Shown piece after piece: positions 1 to 7,077 of a DNA stretch of 49,831 nt. The notes below the pieces were generated by a model. The model searched no databases. It saw nothing but the letters and a program-made list of their open reading frames with translations, and was not told the origin of the DNA. How positions within the stretch are numbered: position 1 is the stretch's first letter; each line of letters opens with the position of its first letter. This DNA comes from Bacillota bacterium (lineage in GTDB: Bacteria > Bacillota > GCA-003054495 > Carboxydocellales > JAJZTU01), in the NCBI GenBank assembly GCA_021848765.1, contig JAJZTU010000002.1:1-49831 (forward strand), written 5' to 3'. Position numbers and translations under genes: made by a program.

Positions 1-35
1 AGTCAATAGCTTAATTCACACCGGCTTACTTCACA

Positions 36-731
36 CTACCTGGTAGCTTTAAGGGGATTCACTCTCACCCCTGGCCCCATAGTAGAAGCCACTGTTACAC
101 TGCGAATATACTGGCCCTTGGCTGCTGCAGGCTTGGCTTTTACCAAGGCATCCAGCAGGGTATAGTAGTTCTCACTCAGTTTCTCACCATCAAAGGAAAC
201 CTTACCGATGGGGGCATGAATAATCCCCGACTTGTCAGTCCGGTATTCGATCTTACCGGCCTTGATTTCCTTAACAGCTCTTTCAACATCAAAGCTAACG
301 GTTCCGGTCTTAGGGTTGGGCATTAAGCCTTTAGGTCCAAGCAACCGGCCCAGCTTTCCGACCATCCCCATCATATCCGGAGTGGCTACGGCTACATCAA
401 AACCGATCCAACCGCCTTCAATCTTGGAGATCATATCTTCAGCCCCAACAAAATCAGCGCCGGCTGCCTCAGCTTCCTTAGCCTTATCGCCCTTGGCAAA
501 AACCAAAACTTTAGCGGTTTTGCCGGTGCCATGGGGAAGCACCACCGCGCCCCGTACCTGTTGGTCAGCATGCCGGGGGTCAACTCCCAGTTTGACAGCA
601 ACTTCGACAGTTTCATCAAACTTGGCGGTTGCAACCTTTTTTACAATTCCAATGGCTTCAGTAGGTTCCAGAAGGGCATCCCGGTCCACCTGTTTAAAAG
701 CCTCTTGATACTTCTTGCCATGCTTTGCCAT
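36..731 (-). CDS. rplA: 50S ribosomal protein L1 (uL1)
   Basis: 231-aa ORF starting [11 protein letters not shown]. Conserved uL1 blocks are present ([33 protein letters not shown]). It lies directly downstream of rplK, as in the L11-L1 operon. Confidence 0.97.
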   Translation of the reverse strand: MAKHGKKYQEAFKQVDRDALLEPTEAIGIVKKVATAKFDETVEVAVKLGVDPRHADQQVRGAVVLPHGTGKTAKVLVFAKGDKAKEAEAAGADFVGAEDMISKIEGGWIGFDVAVATPDMMGMVGKLGRLLGPKGLMPNPKTGTVSFDVERAVKEIKAGKIEYRTDKSGIIHAPIGKVSFDGEKLSENYYTLLDALVKAKPAAAKGQYIRSVTVASTMGPGVRVNPLKATR

Positions 732-791
732 GATTAGTTTACCTCCTTTGTGGTCGTAACGGATAATATCCTCCCACTTGAGAGAACCCGG

Positions 792-1214
792 TTAAATAAC
801 ATCAATACCCATGCTGCGGGCCGTACCTTCGATCATCCGCATAGCGGCTTCGAGGGTGGCGGCATTGAGATCCTTCATTTTGAGCTCAGCGATTTCCCGG
901 ACTTTGTCCTTGGAGACCTTAGCTACTTTCTTCTTGTTAGGTTCCCCGGAAGCGGTTTCAATGCCGGCTGCCTTCTTCAGAAGGATGGCGGCAGGGGGAG
1001 TCTTAGTAACGAAAGTAAAGGATCTATCTTCGTAAACTGTGATCTCTACAGGGATAATTAAACCTGCCTGAGGTGCAGTCCGCTCGTTATATTCTTTACA
1101 GAAGGCCATAATGTTGACCCCGTGCTGACCGAGAGCAGGACCTACCGGAGGAGCAGGAGTGGCCTTCCCCGCAGGACATTGCAGTTTAATCAAGCCAACT
1201 ACCTTTTTTGCCAT
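792..1214 (-). CDS. rplK: 50S ribosomal protein L11 (uL11)
   Basis: The uL11 signature [34 protein letters not shown] is present. The ORF-track start at 1223 is a GTG inside the Shine-Dalgarno sequence. The ATG at 1214 follows AAGGAGGTG plus a 6-nt spacer. Confidence 0.96.
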   Translation of the reverse strand: MAKKVVGLIKLQCPAGKATPAPPVGPALGQHGVNIMAFCKEYNERTAPQAGLIIPVEITVYEDRSFTFVTKTPPAAILLKKAAGIETASGEPNKKKVAKVSKDKVREIAELKMKDLNAATLEAAMRMIEGTARSMGIDVI

Positions 1215-1280
1215 ATTTTCCACCTCCTTAAAAACAAAATGTGGTAATCACGGGCCTGACAGGCCCTCCCACCGGAAACC

Positions 1281-1808
1281 CTAATCAGCTTTCTCTACCT
1301 GAGAAAACTCTAACTCTACAGGGGTTTCCCGCCCAAACATAGCGACAAGGGCTTTAAGTTTACCCTTTTCGGGGTAAATCTCTTCAACAGTTGCAATGAA
1401 GTTTTCGAAAGGACCTGATACAACCCGCACATTCTGCCCAACCGCAAAATGCACTTTGGTCTTCAACTCATCCATACCCATCTGCTTTAGGATGTGCAAG
1501 GCTTCAGATTCGTGCAAGGGGATGGGTTTGGCTCCACTTCCAACAAAACCGGTTACTCCCGAAGTGTTCCTTACCACATACCAGGAGTCATCTGTCATAA
1601 TCATTTCCACCAAAACATATCCCGGAAATATTTTACGTTTGGAAATCTTACGTTTTCCGTTTTTGATTTCCACTTCATCTTCCATAGGGACAAGAATCCT
1701 AAAGATCTTATCGCCCATGTTCATTGACTCTACGCGCTTCTCAAGGTTTGCTTTTACCTTGTTTTCATATCCGGAATAAGTATGGATGACAAACCACTTT
1801 TTCTCCAT
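1281..1808 (-). CDS. nusG: transcription termination/antitermination factor NusG
   Basis: 175 aa. NGN domain begins MEKKWFVIHTYSGYENKV and a KOW region (GQNVRVVSGPF) follows. It sits in the conserved secE-nusG-rplK position. Confidence 0.97.
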   Translation of the reverse strand: MEKKWFVIHTYSGYENKVKANLEKRVESMNMGDKIFRILVPMEDEVEIKNGKRKISKRKIFPGYVLVEMIMTDDSWYVVRNTSGVTGFVGSGAKPIPLHESEALHILKQMGMDELKTKVHFAVGQNVRVVSGPFENFIATVEEIYPEKGKLKALVAMFGRETPVELEFSQVEKAD

Positions 1809-1857
1809 AGTACAAGGGACCCGCTATTCGTAGGCCCCTCACCCCCCAGCTCTCATT

Positions 1858-2145
1858 TTACTTTTTCACCAATAGTTGCAAGAGGGCACTTAAGCCCAAG
1901 TCAGCCACCCAGATAAGAACTGACATCAACGCTACAGTCACCAGAACCACGGAAGTATAGGTAATTACCTGCTGGCGATCCGGCCAGTGTACCTTCTTTA
2001 ACTCAGACTTAGTCCCGTTAAAAAACTTCTTTAGTTCTTCGATCCTGTTAACCTTTGCTGCTTCTTTCCTGGGCGCCTCCTTCTTGGCCGGTTCCTTTGC
2101 CTCTTTCTTGACAACCTTACCGGCTTCCTTGGTAGCTTCCGCCAT
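1858..2145 (-). CDS. secE: preprotein translocase subunit SecE
   Basis: The ATG at 2145 (MAEATKEAGK...) is preceded by AAGGATGTGG. The protein has a Lys/Glu-rich N-tail and one C-terminal TM helix (VVLVTVALMSVLIWVADLGL). It lies between rpmG and nusG. The longer ORF-track N-terminus has no support. Confidence 0.85.
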   Translation of the reverse strand: MAEATKEAGKVVKKEAKEPAKKEAPRKEAAKVNRIEELKKFFNGTKSELKKVHWPDRQQVITYTSVVLVTVALMSVLIWVADLGLSALLQLLVKK

Positions 2146-2196
2146 GCTTTTCCACATCCTTAGAACTGAATTACTGTGTACAAAGATTTGCCGCAA

Positions 2197-2346
2197 TTAG
2201 CGGGTCTCCTTATGCACGGTATGGGTTTGGCAGAATTTGCAGTATTTTTTCATTTCGATTCTGTCCGGGTTGTTCTTTTTATTTTTATTAGTTGTATAAT
2301 TACGCCTCTTGCAGTCAGTGCAAGCCATTGTAATGCCGACCCTCAT
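2197..2346 (-). CDS. rpmG: 50S ribosomal protein L33 (bL33, Zn-ribbon type)
   Basis: 49 aa: [49 protein letters not shown], with CxxC...CxxC. The ATG at 2346 follows GGAGGTGG. The 132-aa ORF-track extension runs through repeats and is not coding. Confidence 0.95.
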   Translation of the reverse strand: MRVGITMACTDCKRRNYTTNKNKKNNPDRIEMKKYCKFCQTHTVHKETR

Positions 2347-2410
2347 TGTGCCACCTCCCCAAGAACTACTACTTATCGACAGTGGTCCAGATTTGTCCGT
2401 TACCCTAAGT

Positions 2411-2439
2411 AATTTATCACAATTAGCAAACGGTGTCAA
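2411..2439 (-). promoter_or_regulatory. sigma-A type promoter for rpmG-secE-nusG (TTGACA-17-TAAATT)
   Basis: On the minus strand, the -35 TTGACA is at 2434-2439 and the -10 TAAATT at 2411-2416, with an exact 17-nt spacer. It lies about 65 nt upstream of the rpmG ATG. Confidence 0.6.
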
Positions 2440-2440
2440 T

Positions 2441-2513
2441 AGTTTCCTTCCGGCGTTTCCTTCTGGTATAGTTTTCTTCTGGTATAGTTTCCTTCTGGCG
2501 TTTCCTTCTGGCC
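2441..2513. repeat. five tandem copies of a 12-nt motif (plus GTTTCCTTCTGG, minus CCAGAAGGAAAC)
   Basis: Copies start at 2442, 2455, 2471, 2487 and 2500, giving spacings of 13/16/16/13 nt. The array directly abuts the -35 of the rpmG promoter. Confidence 0.9.
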
Positions 2514-2716
2514 ATAATTCGCGGAAATGCCCACTCAAATCTTTCCCGGCCGAATTAACGACCGGTCGGAGGGATTCTGTTGCGCACCGGGACAATAACC
2601 GTTACCGGACGGAGCAATGCACGCCCCCACTGGCAGGCACTTCGACCGAAATTTTCTTCCATCACAGGTGGTCGTTCTCAGCTAGGGGCAACTACCTAAT
2701 CCCAGTGCAGGCTTAG

Positions 2717-2766
2717 ACTATAGCCGGCGCACGCAGTTGCAGGCATATGCCTATAGCCAGCGCACG
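2717..2766. repeat. direct repeat CTATAGCC(G/A)GCGCACGC x2 flanking the 12-bp palindrome AGGCATATGCCT
   Basis: Read directly from the sequence. A third degenerate copy, CTATAGCTTAGCGCAACGC, lies at 2819-2837. Confidence 0.85.
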
Positions 2767-2871
2767 CTTTCTGACGGTATGTACCACTAAACGCTAGTAT
2801 TACCACATTCGGCATATTCTATAGCTTAGCGCAACGCTGTTAGTCAGAACCTTGACCCTCCTTTTCACCCA

Positions 2872-3085
2872 GGGCGGGTACCTGCCGGTGGGGAGCGACT
2901 CGCGGAGTACGGTAGCAGCTCTTAGCGCGGGTGTGCAATAAAATTGACCTTGCCGCCACGGAAGGCGGCAACCCCGCTGGGGTCACGGACGACCCATCAG
3001 CGGGGTTGGTCAATTTTATTAGCACACCGAGCTTAGAGCTGCACCGTACGGAGCGCGGAGACGACCCACTGGCAGGTACCCGCCC
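2872..3085. repeat. 214-nt imperfect palindrome predicted to fold as a long stem capped by a two-hairpin junction
   Basis: Outer arms GGGCGGGTACCTGCC (2872-2886) and GGCAGGTACCCGCCC (3071-3085) pair. Inner perfect 13-bp arms AATAAAATTGACC / GGTCAATTTTATT also pair. The two inner hairpins (2950-2971 and 2972-3005) have apical loops ACGGAA and ACGGAC. Confidence 0.85.
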
Positions 3086-3186
3086 GGAGACAAACAAGTC
3101 CGACCAAAGAGCAACGCAGTTGAGCAGGAGAGAAGTGAGTTCAACCGAAGCAAAGAGGTAAGCCTACACAAAACATAAATAGCGCA

Positions 3187-3222
3187 ACAAAACAAAAAAC
3201 CAGTCCCGCTTTGCGGAACCGG
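3187..3222 (-). terminator. rho-independent terminator after the tRNA cluster
   Basis: Minus strand reads CCGGTTCCGC-AAA-GCGGGACTGG, a 10-bp stem with 2 G-U pairs, followed by TTTTTTGTTTTGTT. Confidence 0.8.
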
Positions 3223-3234
3223 ATCGTTTACATT

Positions 3235-3311
3235 TGGTAGCGGCGGAGGGACTTGAACCCCCGACACTGCGGGTATGAACCGCATGCTCTAGCCAGCTGA
3301 GCTACGCCGCC
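3235..3311 (-). tRNA. tRNA-Met (CAT), elongator type, CCA encoded
   Basis: Sequence: GGCGGCGTAGCTCAGCTGGCTAGAGCATGCGGTTCATACCCGCAGTGTCGGGGGTTCAAGTCCCTCCGCCGCTACCA. It folds as a cloverleaf with anticodon loop TTCATAC. A G1-U72 start makes an initiator unlikely. A lysidine-modified Ile2 tRNA cannot be excluded. Confidence 0.85.
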
Positions 3312-3314
3312 ATG

Positions 3315-3390
3315 TGGAGCTGATAGCCGGGATTGAACCGGCGACCTTATCCTTACCAAGGATACGCTCTACCTACTGAGCTATATCAGC
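3315..3390 (-). tRNA. tRNA-Thr (GGT), CCA encoded
   Basis: Sequence: GCTGATATAGCTCAGTAGGTAGAGCGTATCCTTGGTAAGGATAAGGTCGCCGGTTCAATCCCGGCTATCAGCTCCA. It folds as a standard cloverleaf with anticodon GGT. Confidence 0.93.
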
Positions 3391-3391
3391 A

Positions 3392-3467
<76 letters not shown>

Positions 3468-3487
3468 ATGAATTAGGACACTATTAT

Positions 3488-3516
3488 AATGTACCATACT
3501 TTGACCGGTTATGCAA
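3488..3516 (-). promoter_or_regulatory. candidate promoter of the tRNA cluster (TTGCAT-17-TACATT, TG-extended)
   Basis: The -35 is at 3511-3516 and the -10 at 3488-3493. An overlapping TATAAT lies at 3483-3488. The element is 20-50 nt upstream of tRNA-fMet. Confidence 0.45.
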
Positions 3517-3555
3517 GAGTTAATGTTTTCCAATTAACCCAGCACTCCTTTTTTC

Positions 3556-3590
3556 GGTTAAAAAAGATGCCTAAATTTCTCTAGGCATCT
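3556..3590 (-). terminator. rho-independent terminator (end of the sigH 3' region or of the candidate sRNA)
   Basis: Minus strand reads AGATGCCTA-GAGAAATT-TAGGCATCT, a 9-bp perfect stem, followed by TTTTTAACC. Confidence 0.75.
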
Positions 3591-3693
3591 CTCCTGCCGA
3601 TAAAGAAAACTCGGCTTACGCCAAGCGCTAGCGTGGGCGGAAGCCTTAGTTGCACTTATGCCTAGAAACTTTGATAAAAGTTCCTAAGGTGCA
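3556..3693 (-). ncRNA. candidate ~140-nt small RNA or 3'UTR-derived RNA, family unknown
   Basis: The segment is bracketed by a consensus-like promoter (3700-3728) and the terminator at 3556-3590. It has no ORF longer than 5 codons. A 10-bp hairpin GGCTTCCGCC...GGCGTAAGCC is predicted. Confidence 0.3.
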
Positions 3694-3699
3694 AAATTA

Positions 3700-3728
3700 A
3701 TTATACAAGGAACCTCCGGTCCGGTCAA
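3700..3728 (-). promoter_or_regulatory. sigma-A type promoter TTGACC-17-TATAAT immediately after the sigH stop
   Basis: The -35 is at 3723-3728 and the -10 at 3700-3705, with an exact 17-nt spacer. Confidence 0.5.
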
Positions 3729-3746
3729 GAGGTATTTTCTGGCCAC

Positions 3747-4412
3747 TTACTGCTGCTGTTCCTCGGAGTCTCTGTTCTCCAGGTAACGCTCCAGCTTGCG
3801 TTTTACCCTTTGCAGGGCATTGTCAATAGACTTAACGTGACGCTTCAAATCAACTGCGATTTCTTGATAGGACTTACCTTCCAGATAAGACATGAGCACT
3901 TTCCATTCCAGTGAGCTCAATATCTCTCCCATCTTTTCCTCAATGTCATCAAACTCTTCCCGGCTGATGATCAGCTCTTCCGGATCAGTAATCTTAGTCC
4001 CGGAAATAACATCCAACAAAGTCCGGTCAGAATCTTCGTCATAAATCGGTTTGTTTAGGGAAACATATGAATTGAGGGGAATATGTTTTTGCCTTGTAGC
4101 CGTCTTAATGGCGGTAATAATCTGCCTGGTAATGCACAGCTCAGCAAAAGCACGAAAGGAAGATAGTTTATCCTGGCGGAAGTCCCGAATAGCTTTGTAC
4201 AGTCCGATCATGCCTTCCTGGATAATGTCTTCACGATCAGCCCCGATGAGAAAATAAGAACGAGCTTTAGCCCGGACAAAGTTTTTGTACTTATTAATCA
4301 AGTACTCCAGGGCTGTAGCATCGCCTTCCTTTGCGAACTCCACGATATCCTCATCGAGCATGACATCAAACCTCACCAGGATTTCTGTCTGTGCATTTAG
4401 ACTCAAGGTCAT
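3747..4412 (-). CDS. sigH: RNA polymerase sporulation sigma factor SigH
   Basis: 221 aa with near-identical blocks to B. subtilis SigH, recalled from memory: NFVRAKARSYFLIGADREDI.QEGMIGLYK.IRDF, FAELCITRQIITAIKTATRQKHIPLNSY and HVKSIDNALQRVKRKLE. The exact start is uncertain because the SD is only 2 nt from the ATG at 4412. Confidence 0.92.
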   Translation of the reverse strand: MTLSLNAQTEILVRFDVMLDEDIVEFAKEGDATALEYLINKYKNFVRAKARSYFLIGADREDIIQEGMIGLYKAIRDFRQDKLSSFRAFAELCITRQIITAIKTATRQKHIPLNSYVSLNKPIYDEDSDRTLLDVISGTKITDPEELIISREEFDDIEEKMGEILSSLEWKVLMSYLEGKSYQEIAVDLKRHVKSIDNALQRVKRKLERYLENRDSEEQQQ

Positions 4413-4573
4413 CGCCTCCGCTTTACGTTTTAGTGGTCAAGCTTTTGACCTTATTCCTAAAATCGCTCACAAAAAAACAGGAACAGTTAACTCCATCTAT
4501 TGCGTCTCAGAACAATAATCCCGGAGGCTTCTTGACTAAAAACGCGTTATCTGCCCTTGCAATTACATTGAAT

Positions 4574-4602
4574 ATTATACATGTATAAAACAAAGCAGTC
4601 AA
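4574..4602 (-). promoter_or_regulatory. sigma-A type promoter for sigH (TTGACT-17-TGTATAAT)
   Basis: The -35 is at 4597-4602 and the -10 at 4574-4579 with a TG extension. The predicted leader is about 150 nt. Confidence 0.6.
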
Positions 4603-4632
4603 GCTACTTTTGTGCACTTTTCTTTCCAGCTC

Positions 4633-5142
4633 CTACCTTTTTCTCCTCCACTTTTCCAATTCCCGACGCGTTTCTTCATCTAAAAACTGAGCTAACTCTT
4701 TTCTCTCCACGGGATTAACCGCAGCTTTGGCAGCTACTTCCAGTCTTTGTCTACTTACCATTTCCCATAACTCCCTGGCGGGAATGCGGTAGGCCCCCTG
4801 TCCAAAAACTACCCTTTGCTCATCCCAGTCAGAGGTTACCACAAAGACATTGCCTTTGGAAAAACAGGCAGGAACCAATCTTTCAATTACAGTGTCTGCC
4901 GTTTCGTCTTCAGCTGTATAAATTACCAGTAAGTTCCCGTATTGCTCCCGCTTACCCGGGTTGCCTTTAACCCTGTGGGCATCGAAGACTACTATGACTT
5001 CATTTCCTTGGTAGCCCTGAAAGTTCTGGAGAATGTCCAAAAGTTTTATCCTGGCATCTTCAAAATTACCGGCTGCCAATTTTGCCAGCTGAGGCCAGGC
5101 GAAGATTACATTGTAGCCGTCAACAATCAGTACATCCTCCAT
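4633..5142 (-). CDS. yacP: NYN-domain ribonuclease, YacP/Rae1 family
   Basis: MEDVLIVDGYNVIFAWP...VVFDAH...IYTAEDETADTVIERL matches the YacP-like NYN fold. The ATG at 5142 follows AGGAGG plus a 6-nt spacer. It holds the conserved rlmB-yacP-sigH position. Confidence 0.88.
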   Translation of the reverse strand: MEDVLIVDGYNVIFAWPQLAKLAAGNFEDARIKLLDILQNFQGYQGNEVIVVFDAHRVKGNPGKREQYGNLLVIYTAEDETADTVIERLVPACFSKGNVFVVTSDWDEQRVVFGQGAYRIPARELWEMVSRQRLEVAAKAAVNPVERKELAQFLDEETRRELEKWRRKR

Positions 5143-5152
5143 CAAAAGCCTC

Positions 5153-5884
5153 CTACCTGCGCTGGCGTAAAACTTCATATAATATGAGGGAGGTAGCAAC
5201 ACCGGCATTTAAAGACGAAATTTTTCCCTTCATAGGTATACGGACCAAAAAATCACATTTTTCTTTAATTAATCTGCCGATACCCTTACCTTCACTACCA
5301 ACCACAATGCCTAAAGGACCGCCCAGGTCTTGCTCCCAATATACCTTGTCCCCCTGGGCATCGGTTCCCACTATCCACAAGCCCTGCTTTTTCAAATTGT
5401 CAATTGTTTGCGCAATATTGCTTACCCGGGCTACCGGTACATATTCCACAGCACCCGCTGATGCCTTGGCCACAGCTTCGGTAAGACCGGCGCTGCGGCG
5501 CTTGGGGATAATTACCCCATGAGCCCCCGCCCCGTCGGCTGTGCGCAGGATAGAGCCTAAATTGCGGGGGTCCTCAACCTCATCCAGGAGCAGGACAAGC
5601 GGGTCCTCCCCCTTAGCTCCGGCTATAGCAAGAATATCCTCTACTTCGACGTAATCCCTGGCCGCCCCTAAGGCCACTACTCCCTGGTGGCTGGCCCCTT
5701 CAGCCAGATTGTCCAGGTACGGGCGTTCCACTTCCTGTACAGGTATCCTCTTGGCAAGCGCCTTCGCCCTGATTTCCGAAAGTGAGCCGCCGGTGGCGCC
5801 TTTCGCAATGAGCAGCTTATTAATGCTCCGGTCACCCTTGAGAGCTTCCAACACCGGGTTGCGGCCAAAGATTTTATCCGACAC
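5153..5884 (-). CDS. rlmB: 23S rRNA (guanosine-2'-O-)-methyltransferase, TrmH/SpoU family (RlmB/YacO)
   Basis: 243 aa with SpoU motifs (EDPRNLGSILRTADGAGAHGVI, GSEGKGI, IPMKGKISSLNAGVA). It uses a GTG start preceded by AAGGATGA. Confidence 0.92.
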   Translation of the reverse strand: MSDKIFGRNPVLEALKGDRSINKLLIAKGATGGSLSEIRAKALAKRIPVQEVERPYLDNLAEGASHQGVVALGAARDYVEVEDILAIAGAKGEDPLVLLLDEVEDPRNLGSILRTADGAGAHGVIIPKRRSAGLTEAVAKASAGAVEYVPVARVSNIAQTIDNLKKQGLWIVGTDAQGDKVYWEQDLGGPLGIVVGSEGKGIGRLIKEKCDFLVRIPMKGKISSLNAGVATSLILYEVLRQRR

Positions 5885-5902
5885 TTTTCATCATCCTTTG
5901 TA

Positions 5903-6646
5903 TTAATTTAGATACCGGTATTTTTCCCGCATTTCTTTAGCCTGTCCACAGGTCAGCTTACCCTCAGGACAGGCCCCGCTAACACACCCTGGCCCGGCAT
6001 GCTTAAATAAAACCGGGGCAACCCTTTTAACCAGGCGGAGCATCTCCTGGGCTAAAGCCCTGATTTCCCACTGAGCCCTGTTACAGCAGCGCAGTTCGAA
6101 GAAATGATACAACTCCCTGGCATTCATAGTTACCAGCATTTTGGTTTCTGCCGCATTGGGCAGGACAAACCTGGCATCCTCATGGGAAGCTTCACCGAGA
6201 TTGCCCAACTGCTCATTCCAGAAATCATACCAGGCTTGAATCTGTCCCATCTGCTTTTCAAATTCAGCAACATATTCCGGACCCAAAGCCTCAATCCGGG
6301 GGGGAATGATGTAAGCAAAAACCCGCCCCTGACTGCCGGAACTGGATTCACCGACATAGCGCTGGGACTTTACACTGAAACTGGCAATCCGGTGGCGGGT
6401 GATTTGGGCCAGCAGCGCTCTGGATACACCCTCGATACCAAAGGTAAAACTGGCATGCTCCACCGGAGAAAGGTGCCCGATATCTATGAGCTTTTCGATA
6501 AACTTGGATTGATCTGCACTCTCAATTCCTTTAATCAGCTCGTCGATGTCCGCCCCGGAATAACATAGCTTAGCACCCATGGCCACCACTTCTTCCGGAT
6601 TAAAAGTATGGCGGAGGAGTTCTACTTTGAGCTGCTGTCTGGCCAT
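5903..6646 (-). CDS. thyX: FAD-dependent thymidylate synthase ThyX
   Basis: 247 aa with the ThyX signature RHRIASFSVKSQRY (RHRxxSxxxxSxR). Its start overlaps the mrnC stop as TAATG. Confidence 0.93.
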   Translation of the reverse strand: MARQQLKVELLRHTFNPEEVVAMGAKLCYSGADIDELIKGIESADQSKFIEKLIDIGHLSPVEHASFTFGIEGVSRALLAQITRHRIASFSVKSQRYVGESSSGSQGRVFAYIIPPRIEALGPEYVAEFEKQMGQIQAWYDFWNEQLGNLGEASHEDARFVLPNAAETKMLVTMNARELYHFFELRCCNRAQWEIRALAQEMLRLVKRVAPVLFKHAGPGCVSGACPEGKLTCGQAKEMREKYRYLN

Positions 6647-7077
6647 TAGGAAATACCCCCCTCTACCACCTCTACAGCTTTAGCAAATATTTCAGCAATC
6701 CGCTCATGCCGGCCTTTAAAATAGAGATAACCGATCAGACACTCGAAAGCAGTGGCATAGCGATAATCGATAACCTCTGCATTTTTGGGAACGTGGAGTG
6801 ATTTGGTATTACGCCCCCGGCGCACCACACTTGCTTCGGTTTCGTCCAGGGTATCCTCCAGCGCCCTAAGTACCCGGGCCTGGGTTTTGGCCTGGACAAA
6901 CTTCACTGCGCCCCTGTGCAGTTGGTTGACCTTGACCCTGCCGTCACCGATAAGGTGGGAGCGCACATATAGCTCGTACACCGCATCCCCTAAGTAAGCC
7001 AGGACCAGGCAGGACACCTGCTCAGGCGGCATCTTCAGTTCAAAATTCATATCCAGCATTAATTGCGCCTCTTCCAC
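6646..7077 (-). CDS. mrnC: mini-ribonuclease III (MrnC/YazC)
   Basis: LAYLGDAVYELYVRSHL...VVRRGRN...YRYATAFECLIGYLY is the Mini-III signature. The start is either the GTG at 7077 or an ATG at 7059 that is TAATG-coupled to the cysS stop. Confidence 0.88.
   Translation of the reverse strand: MEEAQLMLDMNFELKMPPEQVSCLVLAYLGDAVYELYVRSHLIGDGRVKVNQLHRGAVKFVQAKTQARVLRALEDTLDETEASVVRRGRNTKSLHVPKNAEVIDYRYATAFECLIGYLYFKGRHERIAEIFAKAVEVVEGGIS

Noticed and set aside
1224-1280. Hairpin GGGCCTGTCAGGCCC between nusG and rplK as a terminator or L11-operon leader element
   Set aside because: The stem is short and the T-run lies 13 nt away. I cannot support either a terminator or a specific ribosomal-protein leader motif from sequence alone.
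2441-2513. Possibility that the tandem repeats here or at 37957-38007 are a CRISPR array
   Set aside because: The units are 11-16 nt with no unique spacers. There are only 4-5 copies and no cas genes anywhere in the window.
2197-3285. ORF-track frames in the rpmG-tRNA gap (2197-2595 extension, 2309-2716, 2840-3097, 2931-3161, 3019-3285)
   Set aside because: Their translations are repeat-derived or Pro/Arg/Gly-rich nonsense. They read through tandem repeats, the palindrome on both strands, or the tRNA-Met gene. None has a start codon with an SD.
4430-4446. GGTCAA-GCTT-TTGACC palindrome in the sigH leader as a CtsR-type or other operator
   Set aside because: It is an inverted rather than a direct heptad repeat, so it does not match the CtsR box. 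With no second copy or known cognate factor, it stays unassigned.
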